DNA of 55,638 nucleotides, filler included, from Catajapyx aquilonaris (Eukaryota): NCBI GenBank assembly GCA_000934665.2. It is 3 parts of 3 records of this genome, joined end to end, with 100 filler letters (N's around TTAATTAATTAA, not from the genome) between each part and the next. Parts side by side here need not be neighbours in the genome. Positions count along the whole stretch, not along the records: positions 18,587 to 37,070 come from JYFJ02006686.1; positions 37,171 to 55,638 come from JYFJ02006687.1; 1 more part is not named here. One strand, written 5' to 3'. Numbering within the stretch: the first letter of the stretch is position 1; each line of letters begins with the position of its first letter. Positions 29,601-42,714 of this stretch are shown here, piece after piece. The position numbers and the translations under genes are program-made. The notes below the pieces were generated by a model, which was not told the DNA's origin, did not search any database, and was given only the letters and a program-made list of their open reading frames with translations.

Positions 29601-32456
29601 GTAAGTACCGTATTACCTCTCATATTGTGGCACGCCGGTATAAAACGAGGTCGACCAGCATGCTGGTATAACCCGGGGGTGGCCGGCATGCTGCAATAAC
29701 CGAAGTAGATTTCCGTAATTTTGATCCTTGCAAAAAAATTTGGAATACTTCTGGTACCATACTATAATAATGTTACAATGAAAATGGGCGAGTGTACAAG
29801 GTGTGAGAATATTTCAGTTCTGTTGCACAGTGCATTTAAAAAATGTAGAGTGTATGACCAATCCCATCGTCAGCCTGCTTTGACAGGGGAACTCCCTGCT
29901 CCAACATACTGTTTAAATAGAGATTATTGCCAAACACTGCGATTGAAAACTATATGGTTCAGGTACCCTATGTGGAAAATGTGCCTTTTCGATAGCCTTT
30001 ACGTGAATTTCGATTTTCAGGCAAATGTCAAGTTTAGAAAGGATAATGTTACTTATGTGAAAACCTCACCTTATACCGGCATACCTCGCCTTATACTGGC
30101 ATGCCGGTATAGCCACCAGATCGTGCATTTCTAAAAACTGGTCGACCTCGCCTACACCGGCATGTCGTAATATGAGAGGTAATACAGTAGAATTTCTATA
30201 ACCTGTAACTCAAAAGATTTTGCTTGCTCACCAAGAGATTCATGTTAAAGGAACGCTGTATTTGCTACGGTTTTCACATTATAGGAATGGCGCCGTAAGA
30301 ATACAGAGCTTGACAAGCTGTTGCACAACCAAGAAAGTCGCCCAGAAGTACAGCAGCGCATTGACTCCTTGCTCATAACTCCTATCCAGCGAATACCACG
30401 CTATGGCCTTCTTCTGGAACAACTACGGAATAAGCTCCAACCTGATCATCCGGAACATGACACTATTCAAAGTAGGTGGTTAAGAGATATACATCATTGT
30501 ATTTTATCCTTTGAAGCCTTGATGCACATCATGTAACTCTGCAAATAGGGTCATGCCAATAAAAGTGCTGGTGACCAGATTTGAAAAAATGCATATCTGG
30601 CTCCAGGAAGTGCTAGGAACCTTGCAGATTTTTAATTTTGGTTTTTATGGAAATAGTGTATGATGGCCTATTTTTTGGGCCACAAATTGTTAACTCAACC
30701 TGAACAGCTGAAGTGTTTTGTGACAAGAAAAAGGTTGCAGACCATTGCTTCATCTCAACTAAATATATCATCAAAAAACACAAAAATAATCTCTGAAGTG
30801 CTCAAGGCAGAATTGGTGTTTCAGAAGCAGTGAAGCAGGTGCACCACGTAGCACGATACTTGGAGGGACGAATCAATGATCATCGCAACATGCTGAAGAT
30901 GTTGCAACTGCAGCGGTCACTTCAAAATGGACGTCCACGCATCATGCTTCCTGGGCGTCACTTTATCCGTGAGGGAGCCTTGCTGAAGGTGGGGGTGTAA
31001 TGAGTACTATTTTACTTGCTTAATTCAACCAGCCTGTCATAAAGCTATTGTGCAGCAATTCCAACTAGAAATTACTTAGTGAGGACAGGGCTAACCTTAG
31101 CAAAGAGCTCAGGCATTTGCTTCTAGTAGGCTCTACAGCAAGACCCAATGTAGGACTGATTCTGTGACTTCCTGACTGATTGACCTTGGAATATGCAGTT
31201 TTCTGTACTTTATGGCTTGAGGTGGATGGCCACTGAAGTAAAAATGGGATTATGGTGGGGAATGTTTTGGAATTGGAAGTACAAAGTATACCAACAACCT
31301 GCACTTTTTAATGTTACAATGCAAGTACAGCACTTGAAATTAAACATAATTAACATGAAAATTTAATCCTGATAATAAGCAGTGTCCTTAATCTGTCTTA
31401 CAGCAGGTTTGTTCTCCCTACTACAGTATCTTTTGTTCCATAAAGCAGGGTTTGTTATACTAGGTTCTTACTTTATTTCTACTGCAGGTATCACAACGGT
31501 GGGGAACTACACAACTGCGATACTTCCTCCTCTTCAATGACATGTTTCTGTCATGTCGAAAGCGATCTGACAAAACTACTGACACTGAGTCACTGGTTTG
31601 CTGCAGGTTGTTGCCCTTGCGACACTGCACTGTGCAGAATGTCATGGGGCGAGGGATGTTTAAAGTGACCTGCAGGGATGACTCACTACTTCTGTGTGCT
31701 ACTACTCCTGAGGAGGGAGATGAGTGGTGCCAGAGCCTAAAAGAGGCCATTCAGCAGTACAAGAGCTGCCATCAGACCCTGCGGAAAGAGAGCAGCTCCA
31801 AGCGACCATTACGACGTGCAGCAATCGCTGTGCTGCGACATGAGAGTCTTACGGATCGGCTAAAGAAGAGACGACAAGAAGTGAAAGCCACCAAGGTGTG
31901 ACTTGAGAAACAGGTTTTAAAATATCATGGCTGCTAAAGAGGGATCTGAATTGTGGGGTAGTCATAGGAACCTTTCTCTATGTCACTATATACTCTGACA
32001 CATGCTACTGCGTCCATGGGACCAGTTCATAGATGCCGGATGGTCATAATGTTTTCGCTTATTGGTGTATGAATCTCATGCAGAATGCAACTTTGTTATT
32101 TCATGAACTGTCAGTCAGTCACAGGTAGCCTACCTTTCCTACAACATATGATAAACATGGGATCAAGGCTGCAGAGGTGACTACTCCCTTCCTCAGCAGC
32201 AGTAGGGCAATCCGAGCCATTCTCAAGACCCTTGCTCAGATTTCAGCCATGCATCCTAGGTGGTGAATGGCCCTTAAAGCTACTTGTGTACACTTCCAAA
32301 TCCATCACTTTACTCAATGATGTGTTATATGGCTGACGACTGGTTGCAGGATAGATGGTAAATCCAGAACAAGTGGTTTTCCAGGTTCCTCACATATGAT
32401 TGATGGTTTTGGTTTGCCTCCCCCCAATGGCCACTGTGCCCACTGGGGTAATAAAA

Positions 32457-32500
<44 letters not shown>

Positions 32501-33101
32501 TAAATAGCTTGTTCTGGATTTATACTACTGATCATACCGAAAGGATCATTTTAGGCCAAATTAGTTTCAGCTGCCAATTACAAGTATACTAGTCTCAGTC
32601 TTCTAATTTTTCAGCGAAAGCGCTCAGAAGCTGATACAAGTCCTGCTAATCCACTGACTGCCTGCAACAAGACAGTTCCCAGCCAGATGCTAGATTGTGT
32701 GACACCACACAAGAAACCCAAAACTGAAGGAATTCTTGAGCAGAATGAGTGCAATAAGGTATGTTGTGGTGGAAAGATCCTAACTTCAGGGCATTGGTCA
32801 ATAATGTATGACCTTACCTTTGTTGCAGGAAAATGTACCTCCAGAAGGCAATGGCATCATACCAGATGCCCCATGTGACACACCCTGCACCCAACGGGCT
32901 GCCCAGCGCCGAAAATTGACAGATGAAAGCTTTGCACCTCAAACTGTCTCCACACCCATTGTTAATGTGACTGACTTGCAAGACTCACAGTCTCAGACAC
33001 GAATTGCTAATGCTCTGGATTCACTGCTTGGGTGGCCACGGCGGGCAGCAGAGTCACTGCGACATGGCCCTGCTAAGAACATATCTTGCTCCATTCAGTA
33101 A
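26602..33101 (+). CDS. ARHGEF39: DH-PH Rho guanine nucleotide exchange factor, ARHGEF39/FGD-like, ~559 aa; exons 26602-26749, 26860-26993, 27054-27275, 30285-30471, 30825-30988, 31488-31895, 32615-32758, 32829-33101
   Basis: DH motifs (EIVASEKSYLHQL, APYLKLYSTYANEY, SLLITPIQRIPRYGLLL) and PH motifs (PGRHFIREGALLK, RYFLLFNDM, EGDEWCQSLKEAI). All junctions GT-AG and in phase. Symbol assigned from the compact DH-PH architecture without FYVE and is less certain than the family. Confidence 0.85.
27294..27732 (-). mobile_element. 5'-truncated RTE-X-like LINE with (TTAC)n tail and 14-bp TSD
   Basis: IRLVANLRN..CSLCNVRE..HVVYNC resembles the copies at 12980 and 54565. TSD gtgatgtccatcta at 27280-27293 and 27733-27746. 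Confidence 0.85.
27784..27967. mobile_element. Partial inverted copy of the pogo/Tigger-like MITE at 29608-30187, broken by a TTAA-CCC piggyBac-like end
   Basis: Matches the reverse complement of ~29912-30187. Followed by ttaacccttataagacggccgtgacatataattatgtcacggc. Confidence 0.65.
28309..28938. mobile_element. Tc1/mariner-type palindromic MITE, ~265-bp TIRs, TA TSD
   Basis: TA-cagggtgctcaaaaactcgcgg ... ccgcgagtttttgagcaccctg-TA. Arms 28309-28573 and 28674-28938. Confidence 0.9.
29034..29601. mobile_element. pogo/Tigger-like MITE, TA TSD
   Basis: TA-cagtaaaacttctataag ... cttatagaagttttattg-TA, with repeated internal taagtcgaa/taactcgaa motifs. Confidence 0.8.
29608..30187. mobile_element. 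pogo/Tigger-like MITE, TA TSD
   Basis: TA-ccgtattacctctcatatt ... aatatgagaggtaatacag-TA. Confidence 0.8.
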
Positions 33102-34639
33102 TGTCTCTGACAGCAATTGACTTAATGAAACTAATGCTTATGCTGTGAATGAATGAACTTTCATTTCAAAAAACCAGTCTAAATATTAAAATCAGGTCTT
33201 TGTTGAGTGATAACATTTGGAAATACGAAGATTATGCTATGAACATGATGGCCCTCGATGGGTTGTTGCCAAAACAGGCCTAGGAAAACCCATCAAGGAA
33301 CATCATGTTCCTGTTCACAGAATGTGATTCAGACTTTACGGATGTTCTTGACAATTGGTTAACCCAAGCTAAAGGGTTGTCTGATACTAATGATGGCTTA
33401 GGTATTATGTGGTCAGTTATTAAGCGAAATGTTGTTTAATTTTATTAGCAACATTTAAGTGACAATGCTGCTGAAGGGTCTGGAAATATTGCATGATTCT
33501 TATGGCACCAGTAGTGGCCTGTTCGCAGGTGATTGGCCTGGTGACAACATATGTTAATGTTTTTGCATAACTCGTAATGTAGTGATTCAGACTGTTGGTT
33601 GTTAGTAAAGTAGGTTGTGATCTGCAAGGCAGCTAAGGGGTCGTGCAAATACTACGTGACAGTTTGGGGGGGGGGGNNNNNNNNNGGGGGGGTGTTGGTG
33701 ACCATTCACGTGGTAACTCGTAACACGGTGAATGGGCACATGCTGGTTTTTGTTTAATACAGGTCAAAAGGTGGCCTACAATTGGTCACGTGGTATTTGC
33801 ATGACGTGCCTAATTAGTTATTGAATGTAGACTAATGACTGGCAAATTCCAAGGAAATAAAAAAGCATGTTTCAGGATAATGTGTTTTATTGCCTTCTAT
33901 TCACAACCTACAGTGTTTTGGAAATCACCTCTTGATCCAATCACTTCAAAGGGAAACAAATGGGATGACTTCAATATAACAGTGTGAATGGTAACAATAT
34001 GACAATGTCATCTCATTGCCACAAAATTTCAACAGGTACAGGTTTCAACGTGAGGCAAACATAAAAACTGAAGTCTCATTACAAGACTCAACATGTGTGC
34101 TAGCAGAGACAGGGTACACAACACACGCCTTATGAGACCTGGCAGAGCTAGATTAGCACCATTTTCTTGTATGACATGCATTTAAAAATACTTTCTCTGA
34201 AGTTTCCTAATGAACTACTGTAGAATACTAGAAAGAGTTGCCAAATAGAAGATGGCAGTCATGATGGCACAGAGCAAAAAGCACTGGACATAGCAGCTCA
34301 ATTCCACACAAACCACCTGAAAGTAGCTGAATGAAGTGGAAGTCAAGAATGAATGTAAAACTATTAATTTATCAATCAGCAATGTCTTCATTTTAGACTT
34401 GTTCCAACTAAAATGTCCGAAGTGGGTAGCAATTTTTTGGCACTAAGCTTATTTTAAAATGTCCTTAATGGTTATCAAAATTATTAGCTGCTAATAATGT
34501 GCCAAACAAAAACCACTATCCAAGCTCTGAATGTCAATAGGTCTATTTGTTTATTAGCAAGTGCAGTGTCAGGGCCAGTGTAAGTGACTGAGTGTAGTGT
34601 AATGACGTCATGGTGCAAGTCAGTGTAAGGACGCCTTAA

Positions 34640-34846
34640 GCCCAGTATCCACGTGAGAGTTTTCTATTGTAAGAGAGACCAACTGCGCATACCTGGATCA
34701 GAGGACAGGAAAAGCAAAAAATTTTCAACTTTAATCCCTCTTCCGAGGAGCCAGAGCCCTGAGGCGAAATAGAGTCCGTCTCGACGTACAAGATTTCTCG
34801 CACAAGAGGACTCGGTCAAGAGAAACTCGTGTGTGTATATCAGGCT
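34640..34846. mobile_element. Possible Harbinger-like MITE
   Basis: agcccagtatccacgtgagagtttt is loosely inverted as agaaactcgtgtgtgtatatcaggct, with TWA-like flanks. Confidence 0.35.
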
Positions 34847-35277
34847 TTACCGTACACACTGGCCATGCACCCTCCAATCACAGCATATGCTGCCAGAGCT
34901 TACAGCGGAATAAATGAATGCAGTTCTTGCACCAGTGCTACACAGGGCCATAATGAATAGATCTAATGAATTTCTCACTGGGAATGGCACATTGGTCAAG
35001 TAACTGCTTAAAAATAAGCCGCCTAGTGAAAGATTGCTAACCACTTCAGAAACTTTGTTTAAAGCATCCTGTATAAAATGTTTTCATGCCACAATCCAAG
35101 TAGCTGGCATGCAATCGTTGTATGGTACATTTTTATGTAATAGAAATTTTTTATTAATGAATATGATTTGGTTAAGCACTCCTACCATATTTCAAGGCCT
35201 GTAGGCATTTAAATATTGCTGATTATTATCAACTGAACAAATTGGGTCGAGTTAAGTTCTATTCTGAAAGAGACAGG

Positions 35278-35619
35278 GGAGGCGAAGTGGTGCTGCGGTA
35301 ATGTACGCACCCACGGATGTTAATGTCCCGGGATCAAATCCCGCCCGGGGAAACCCCCTTCATCTCGTGCAGAGTTCAGGGTCACCTCTGGGTTCGTCTC
35401 AGGTGGTATTTCCAACAGACTAAACCACCCGGGGGAGTTCACTAAAAATGGCCACATTAAGACATTGCACTGCACCTTGCACATCCCCTCCTGTCATCCT
35501 GCCCATGGGCCCGGGCATTTCGAATGAATAGGCACCAAATGTACCTCAATAAATAAAGGTCTGTGCGATATGCCCCCCATATGGGGGCGAAAGCACATTA
35601 CCCCAGCATTATTATTATT
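35278..35619 (+). mobile_element. Degenerate tRNA-derived SINE with (ATT)n tail
   Basis: A/B-box-like tggtgctgcgg and ggatcaaatccc, 3' hairpin gcccccatatgggggc, attattattatt tail, near-TSD ttctgaa(a/g)gaga on both sides. Confidence 0.6.
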
Positions 35620-36058
35620 CTTCTGAAGGAGAGCATTTGCTTCTTCCCGTATCTAAATACACCAGAACGCTAATACTCGTAGATATATGCCTAGAAGCAG
35701 TAAATAAAAGGCAAGCCAGAATCCCAGTGCCTCCAGCCACCCCAATGGATTCTTGGACCAGTAAAAATCTAAAATGTAAGACAGATGTGTCAAGGCACCA
35801 CCTGTAATGGCATTGACAACTGTTTGGCTGCCTCTTACAAGTAAGTAGCATGCAGCAGACCACAGTTAATCTGATCATGCAACATATGCGCACGTCTGAT
35901 TGCAAGTCCTGAGTCATATTCAGCATCGCCTACACCATCACCAATTTGTATCTTGAAATTTCTCGCTCTTGAATTTTTGCCATGTATTGGGCCAAGGTGT
36001 CTACTAGCAGCTGGAGGACCTAGACTTCATGCTGGTTCTGTGTAAGCCTGCTTAAAAT

Positions 36059-36293
36059 GAGGGCTGTGGGGGAAAAACATGATAACTGACAAAAGAGTAA
36101 TTTTTCAGGAGAGCGAATTGAAGTTTGAATCATAGGGAATGCTGGTTTTGATCTAGTCCGTGTGGCCGTCTCATGCATGATACATGAACTTGGAGTATAC
36201 CAAACTGTTTGTCATGTTTTATACATAGTTGCTAGGTGTTTAGGTAAAAAATGACAAAAATGTCAGTTATCATGTTTTTCCCCCACAGCCCTC
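36059..36293. mobile_element. mariner-like MITE with perfect ~33-bp TIRs
   Basis: gagggctgtgggggaaaaacatgataactgaca ... tgtcagttatcatgtttttcccccacagccctc. Confidence 0.8.
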
Positions 36294-37070
36294 TAATGTA
36301 CTTTTAAATTATCACACCATCGGAAAAGGAAAGAAATGGCATGGAACAAGTGTATCACTGTTTGAAAACAGATTCAAGGTGCAACAAATGCTGGACTGAG
36401 GCATTACTACATAATATAACTTTGGACTCAAGGAGATTAATGAGTATGAGAATGGGTACAAGTTCTTTTGGCACTCAACTGCACCTCCCATCAATAATTT
36501 GAAGGCACAATAATTAATAAATAGCAAATAGAGCATAACAATTCACAACAATGTAAATGCATAGCAGATCACCTTGTACACATGAACTTCCTATCATAAT
36601 AGTGCAACTGTAATCACAGCATAAGGTGTCCTCACAAATATTTGAGGTTTATTCCTTCTCTCCTTCAATTTCCCTCTCCATTGGACCACTGTTCCCCATA
36701 CTCACAAAGGCACTTCCCCATTAGCATTTGAATGCATACAGTTCGAGTTGCAGTAATACAGGGTTTTTCTTACTAGTATGTGGTCTGGCTGGCAGCTTAC
36801 TGCTTGGCCCAAAACAAGTAAAAAATGTAGGGGGGAGAAATGTCGAGGGATCAACCCGTAATGAAGTAGACGACCAGAACGCATTGGCCTGCCTCTGGAC
36901 ACAGGCGACAACTCCTATGACACCTTTTTGCTAGTACCTCCAGTGGTTGCCTAGGGAGCACGATATGAATAGGATGGTAATATATTACTTATGGGACTCG
37001 CTTTGCGAGGCGGGGGGGCTCCGCCCCCCCACACCCCCCCGTGGGGCGGTGCCCGTGTACCGCCTAATCC

Positions 37071-37170
37071 NNNNNNNNNNNNNNNNNNNNNNNNNNNNNN
37101 NNNNNNNNNNNNNNTTAATTAATTAANNNNNNNNNNNNNNNNNNNNNNNNNNNNNNNNNNNNNNNNNNNN
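37071..37170. other. Artificial contig-join spacer N44-TTAATTAATTAA-N44
   Basis: Identical to 18487-18586. Confidence 0.95.
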
Positions 37171-37407
37171 GAAATTATGCACTTTAATGTCATTGGGTAT
37201 TAATTGCACATTTGCGTATATGTAGCAGACGAACTATGCGGCAACGTAATAATTATATGGTCGTACAAGAGGTTAACGTAAACGCGCCCGATTAAATCCT
37301 TAGCTTTATCTATTTAGCAAAGGCGAATTTTTTAGTTAGCTTATTAGCTGTTAGAGAAGCTAATTTTTCGGATAGCTGTGTCCACCTTTGTTTTGTTAGT
37401 AAGTCAG

Positions 37408-37524
37408 GGTGGAATTTTTGTCGTACTACTAGTTACTTCTAACTTATAGCATTACCAGTGTAGTGCAATACTGCAAATGTACTGCTAAGTTAGCAGTAAT
37501 TCGTAGTACGACGAAAATTCCACC
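37408..37524. repeat. ~120-bp imperfect palindrome (small MITE)
   Basis: ggtggaatttttgtcgtactac..ctaactta / taagttag..gtagtacgacgaaaattccacc. Confidence 0.65.
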
Positions 37525-37820
37525 GTTCGAAATTAAATAGTAAGTTAGTCACCAGTTATTTTCACTCATTTGCCAAGCACAGGGCCGTTTCGCGACCCGT
37601 CCGCGTGAGAGTGCTAGCGCCGCGTCCGATACGGTACCGTATTGGGTAGTGTGACGTCACGAAATGGACGCCTGTTTCCAAGCCTGGTAAGCCCTGGGGT
37701 TGGAACGCGGAGTCGACTCAACCCCGCGGATGTTCGACATTATGCATACGGATCGGGCTCAACCCCGGGGTTAACCCCAACCCGCTCGTTGAGAATGTCC
37801 ATTATGAATACGGGCCTTAG

Positions 37821-38187
37821 AGTCTTTAGACCTTTTCTCATCAATTGAAAAAAGTCTTATAGCACGGCTCTGTCCGTCCGTCTATAAACAGGTATCAGTA
37901 TCAGGGGGTATGAGGAGGGGAAAGGGTGATCTGGGGAGGGGGCGGTGGGGGGAATGGGAGGTCAGGGGGAAAGGGACGGTCTGGGGAGAATGGGCGGACA
38001 GGGGTAGGGGGTGGTGGGGGAAAGGGATGGTGGGGGGAGGGGCGGATAGAATGAACCCGGAACCCGAAAATCGGAAAAAAGCGGAAAAAAGTCTTATAGA
38101 ACGCCTCTGTCTGTCTGATACCTCTGTCCACATACAGACAGAGCCGTTCTATAAAACTTTTCTCTCTCGAAAAAGTCTAAAAGGACT
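37821..38187. mobile_element. MITE-like element with G-rich interior
   Basis: agtctttagacctttt..aaaagtcttatagcacggctctgtc is inverted as gacagagccgttctataaaacttt..aaaagtctaaaaggact. Confidence 0.55.
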
Positions 38188-39999
38188 TAATTGCTCTCTG
38201 CAGTAGTAGATACCAGACGGAGGGAGGGACACGGCATGACACATTCGGACGGTGTATTGCAGTACTTGGAGATGGGTTGCTATTATTATCATCCGAGGCG
38301 ATCGTGATTACACGGCACAACGATAATAACATAGCAATATGGGAGGTCGTGGTCTCCGTGATCAAGCCTTACGTCACTCATTGTGAGCGATCGAATTGGA
38401 TTGCTCAGGGGTTTCAATCTGGACCATATAAATATTCACTGTACTTGCAGCAGCAGCATCATGCGTCTACTGATGGGAAGCACCAGCAACAAGACATTGT
38501 TCACCCATCCCAGTACACACGTGCACCTGCATTAACATTCCAGCATCTTTCATTTTTCCTAGTCACATTGCCATTCAACTTTTCCACCAGAAATCTTCGT
38601 GTCCGGAGCCAAATATGCGTTCTACATAATATTATGCTATAGGCCTACTGCTACTGTGTGGCCCACGTCTACAACCAGTCTCTCCTGTTAACACTGCAAC
38701 TCACTGCAATAATACCACTCATCATCCATTCATGGAAGTGGACACCCAAGCCGGACATTTTGTCGGGGTATGATAATTATTACAAAATCATGCAACATAA
38801 TAATTATGCCATGTGTGAAAGGGAAGTACTGTATACAGCTTTGTAGTAGATGCAGTGCAGCATAAAGCGGTATATCCGGGTATATCTGCAAATGTGATAT
38901 TGGCGCTATTTGTCTTCTGTAAACAATCGTCACCATGGAGATGATGTTGACTATCGTAGTACACGACCAAGGCTATTCATTCTACATTTAATCCAGGACG
39001 TTCCAAATGTAACGTATAAGGTTTATCCTGTATAGTAAGTTATAGATTAGACATTAGAGCCTCAAGTTTTTATCGATAAATTGTGGCCTGTGTGTATATA
39101 GTGCCTCTCAAGCACCTATATACGTAGTACAGCATTTCATTTCATGTCAATTAACTGATGTTGTTGTAATGCGGCGATATTTCCTATATGCTCAATATCC
39201 CTACAATAATTATACCTAATGAGCATCACTGCCAGATTGTTTCATGACAATGCGCAAGAGTTCATTTCGAATATAGGCATAACTTATACTCGAAGTGCAG
39301 AACGGTCGTATAGTCTCACATTGGAATTTTGACGTTTGAAGATTGCATTATCCCTGACGCTGACGTGTCTTCAGGTGATTGCATTCATTCTCATTCATTA
39401 ATTCATTCATATACATCACAGCTTTTCCCAAATATTGGGGTGCCAGCGGATAATGAGGAGGAGGTCCTCGTTACCCTCATATGACCATTATATACAGTAT
39501 TACAGTATATTATAAAATTGCAGTATTATAATAATATTATTATTATATCAGACAGCTACTTCCTTGATCACTCTAAATGCCGCGTCGAGGATCTCATTAC
39601 CCAATGGCCAAAGCAGTTTTGAACAAAAATGTGATGCCTGACCGTTCCGCATTTTAGGTTGTCAAAATATGGTATGCTTGCTCTACGTGCTGTGAATGTG
39701 GTGACATAATAATTCAATGACTGTCGTCCACCACCAGTTACAGTGAGCGGCGAGCCATACTTAGACCCAGGTAAAAGAGATTCGTGCTGCTACAAGTACG
39801 TGGTTAAACATCACATTGGCGACCTTGTTTGTCGGGAGAGAGCTAGAGAGCTAGAGGTGCTGCTGTGTTTGTTGAAGAAGGGACCATCAGTGCCATCCTT
39901 TGCTGACGAGTGATACTGGTTTGGCTTCACTCTCTATCTGGAGTTACCACCACCACCACCACCACCACCACCACCACCACCACCAGAAGACACAGGGCG

Positions 40000-42661
40000 A
40001 TGCCAACCGTCAGTAGACTGCTGCCAATCACGTCTGTGAATGACGGGCGCCCTCATCCTCACACTTCGAGAGCTGCTCAGCCTCTTGACGTTGACACTCC
40101 TGATACCGCCGCAGCCTCCACCACGAGTAGCACTTATTCCTTGGATCCCAAGTCCCTGAAGAACATGATCCGGCTCCTGAGCAACCCCTCCAACCTCAAG
40201 ACCCGATACAGGAACAAAATCAGTACACCTCTCTTCTCCTCCAAGCTCAGGAGGAACCTCAAGTACACCCTACTCCTGGACCTGGCAAGTACTCCCCTCC
40301 CATCTTCCTTCACCCCTAACACCGTCTTTGGTGGGACCACACATCGTCTTGTGAGTCACACCCCCATCGGTCATATCTATAGTCCCATACCGCCCTTATA
40401 CATACAGTCTACAGTAAATCAGATGCAGCACCTTCCTGTACATAATATTATGCTTGGGAATTATTAGGACGAGACCCTGGTCCGGTGCGAGGAGAATGGA
40501 TGCCTGCCAGGCAAGGAGGCGCTCGTGGTCCTCCAGATGGACAACGGAAGGAAGGGCTTCGTGTACCCCAGGCCGGGAGTGCACCGCTTCCTGAAGGAAA
40601 TATCCAACTACTTCGAGCTGAGCATCTTCACCTCCGCCAGCCAGTCCTACGCAAAGGATGTCATTGATGCCATTGATCCCGACTGCGAGTATGTCAGGCA
40701 AGTTGAAACACACACACACATCCACCAACACCCAGAATCCCCCTCTTGCTTTTCAACTCAACGACAACAACAGCAACAACAACAACAACAACAACAACAA
40801 CGGTGGTTGGTGGTGGGAGTATAGTGTGCCAGTGCGGAAACACCGCAGGGATATACTGCAAATTCTATGATGATGGTTAAAAATTACAGCAGCCCTCACG
40901 GTACAGCACGATGTTAGGCTGTGCCTTTTCTAACAGAATGCTCGCGTCTTTTTTGGTGTCTTAAAATGCACTACAGAAAATGATAACAATCTGCTCAGAG
41001 ATGGCAGAGGAAGTTCTGGCGGCGGCGTAGTTTATACAGTACAGTACACTGAACCACTCAATAAGCACGATTGCTGTGGTAACTGCCACAATCATTTCCT
41101 CTTCATTCTCGTTTAAATAGACAGCCAACGATGACAAGAATGGTATACGATAATATAGCTTTGGTATATGACCACATGCAGGTACTGCCTGGACATGTGT
41201 CACTGTCGGATGATCCAAGGGGTGGACGTGAAGGACCTCGAGAAGTTGGGACGCCACCTGGATCGGACCGTCATCATCGACAACAAGCCAGAAAACTTTT
41301 CACTTCAGGTCATATGCCTGCATTTTATGCAATTTGCTTTCTGTCACTGTGCAGAGATGTGCGGGTGTGTCGCGCACATCTTGCCTTGTGCATGCCTTGT
41401 GAATACTAATCTTACATGTGTCAAATAACGACCTTTGCTCAAATGCAGCTGGACAACGGCATCCCTATTAGAAGCTGGTACGGAGAGGAGGGCGACTGCG
41501 AGCTGGTCAGGCTCATCCCTTTTCTCAAGAGCATGGTAGAAAGGGTATGGCAGTCCAAGGACAAACCCATATATTAATAATCACTTTCCTGTAACAATAT
41601 TTTGTCTCTTTTTCAACATATGCTACGTACTACCCTATTATTTTTCAATGTCATTTAAACGCAAATTTCACAACTTACTGTTAGCCAGAATTTTCACAGC
41701 AGTTTCCAATGCAGTATTCAGAGAAAGGATTTTTTTTTTGCATTGGCCAAAATTAATAATCTCCTTCGGACAAGTCCGTGGTGGTGACATCTGTTACGTC
41801 CAGGATGATTTAATTGCCGGTTACTCCATACATCTCTCTAGAATCTAGATTGTTAATAATCCTGGGGGCGTATCCCCTGAATACAGCAGTATAATATTAT
41901 GGTGTGCTGACTATAAAGTTTTCTTGGTCTGACTCGGATTGCTGCACAATTTCTACAGGGTGTTTAGTGGGAAAGTTCCACTTCTTAATGGGTCGTGCAA
42001 TAGACATAATGTAACTGTATCATCAGTAAATGAGAGTATGAGAATGTGAGAATGACTTACCATCGCATCAAGTTTAGTAATGCTGAAAGTACCCCCCTCC
42101 TCTTCGAGACACATGTATTTTATGCACGTTTCACAGTGTTTTCTGATACAAGTAACATCCCTGTCTGTCGATGTATTGCTTTATTTTGATCTTGGTGTTT
42201 GCCTGAAGATCCTGAATGATTCGTGGTTTGTTTTGGTAGACAAGCTCCTTTAAATATAGCCCCGCAATGAGTCTCTCATCAGCAGCTTCTTTGGGGAACG
42301 TTGTTATGCATCTGATCGGTTGGCTAATATTTTGGTTGCAGGGCCTGGATGTGCGGTCAGAGATCCGTAAGAAGTACGGGCTGTCCAGACAGATCAAGGG
42401 TTTTATGGGAGAGTTGCACCAGAGTCCCAAGGATGACACGCCTCAGAGGCTTCGACGGCCTCAGGGTCAGCGGCAGGGGACATACTGCAGGGAGAGGAAG
42501 AGAAGCCACTCGCAGGAGCAGGACCCTCAGCCGCAAGATCAGGGGGGCAGAACAGGTCAGAAGGTGGTGGTCACAGGAGCAGGAGGAGGAGCAGGGGGAG
42601 TAGCAGGGGGAGTAGCAGGAGCAGGAGCAGGAGCAGGAGCAGGGGGAGTAGCAGTGGGAGT

Positions 42662-42714
<53 letters not shown>

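Noticed and set aside
33241..33310. SECIS element
   Set aside because: No AUGA/GA quartet with correctly spaced apical AA, and no in-frame UGA in the gene.
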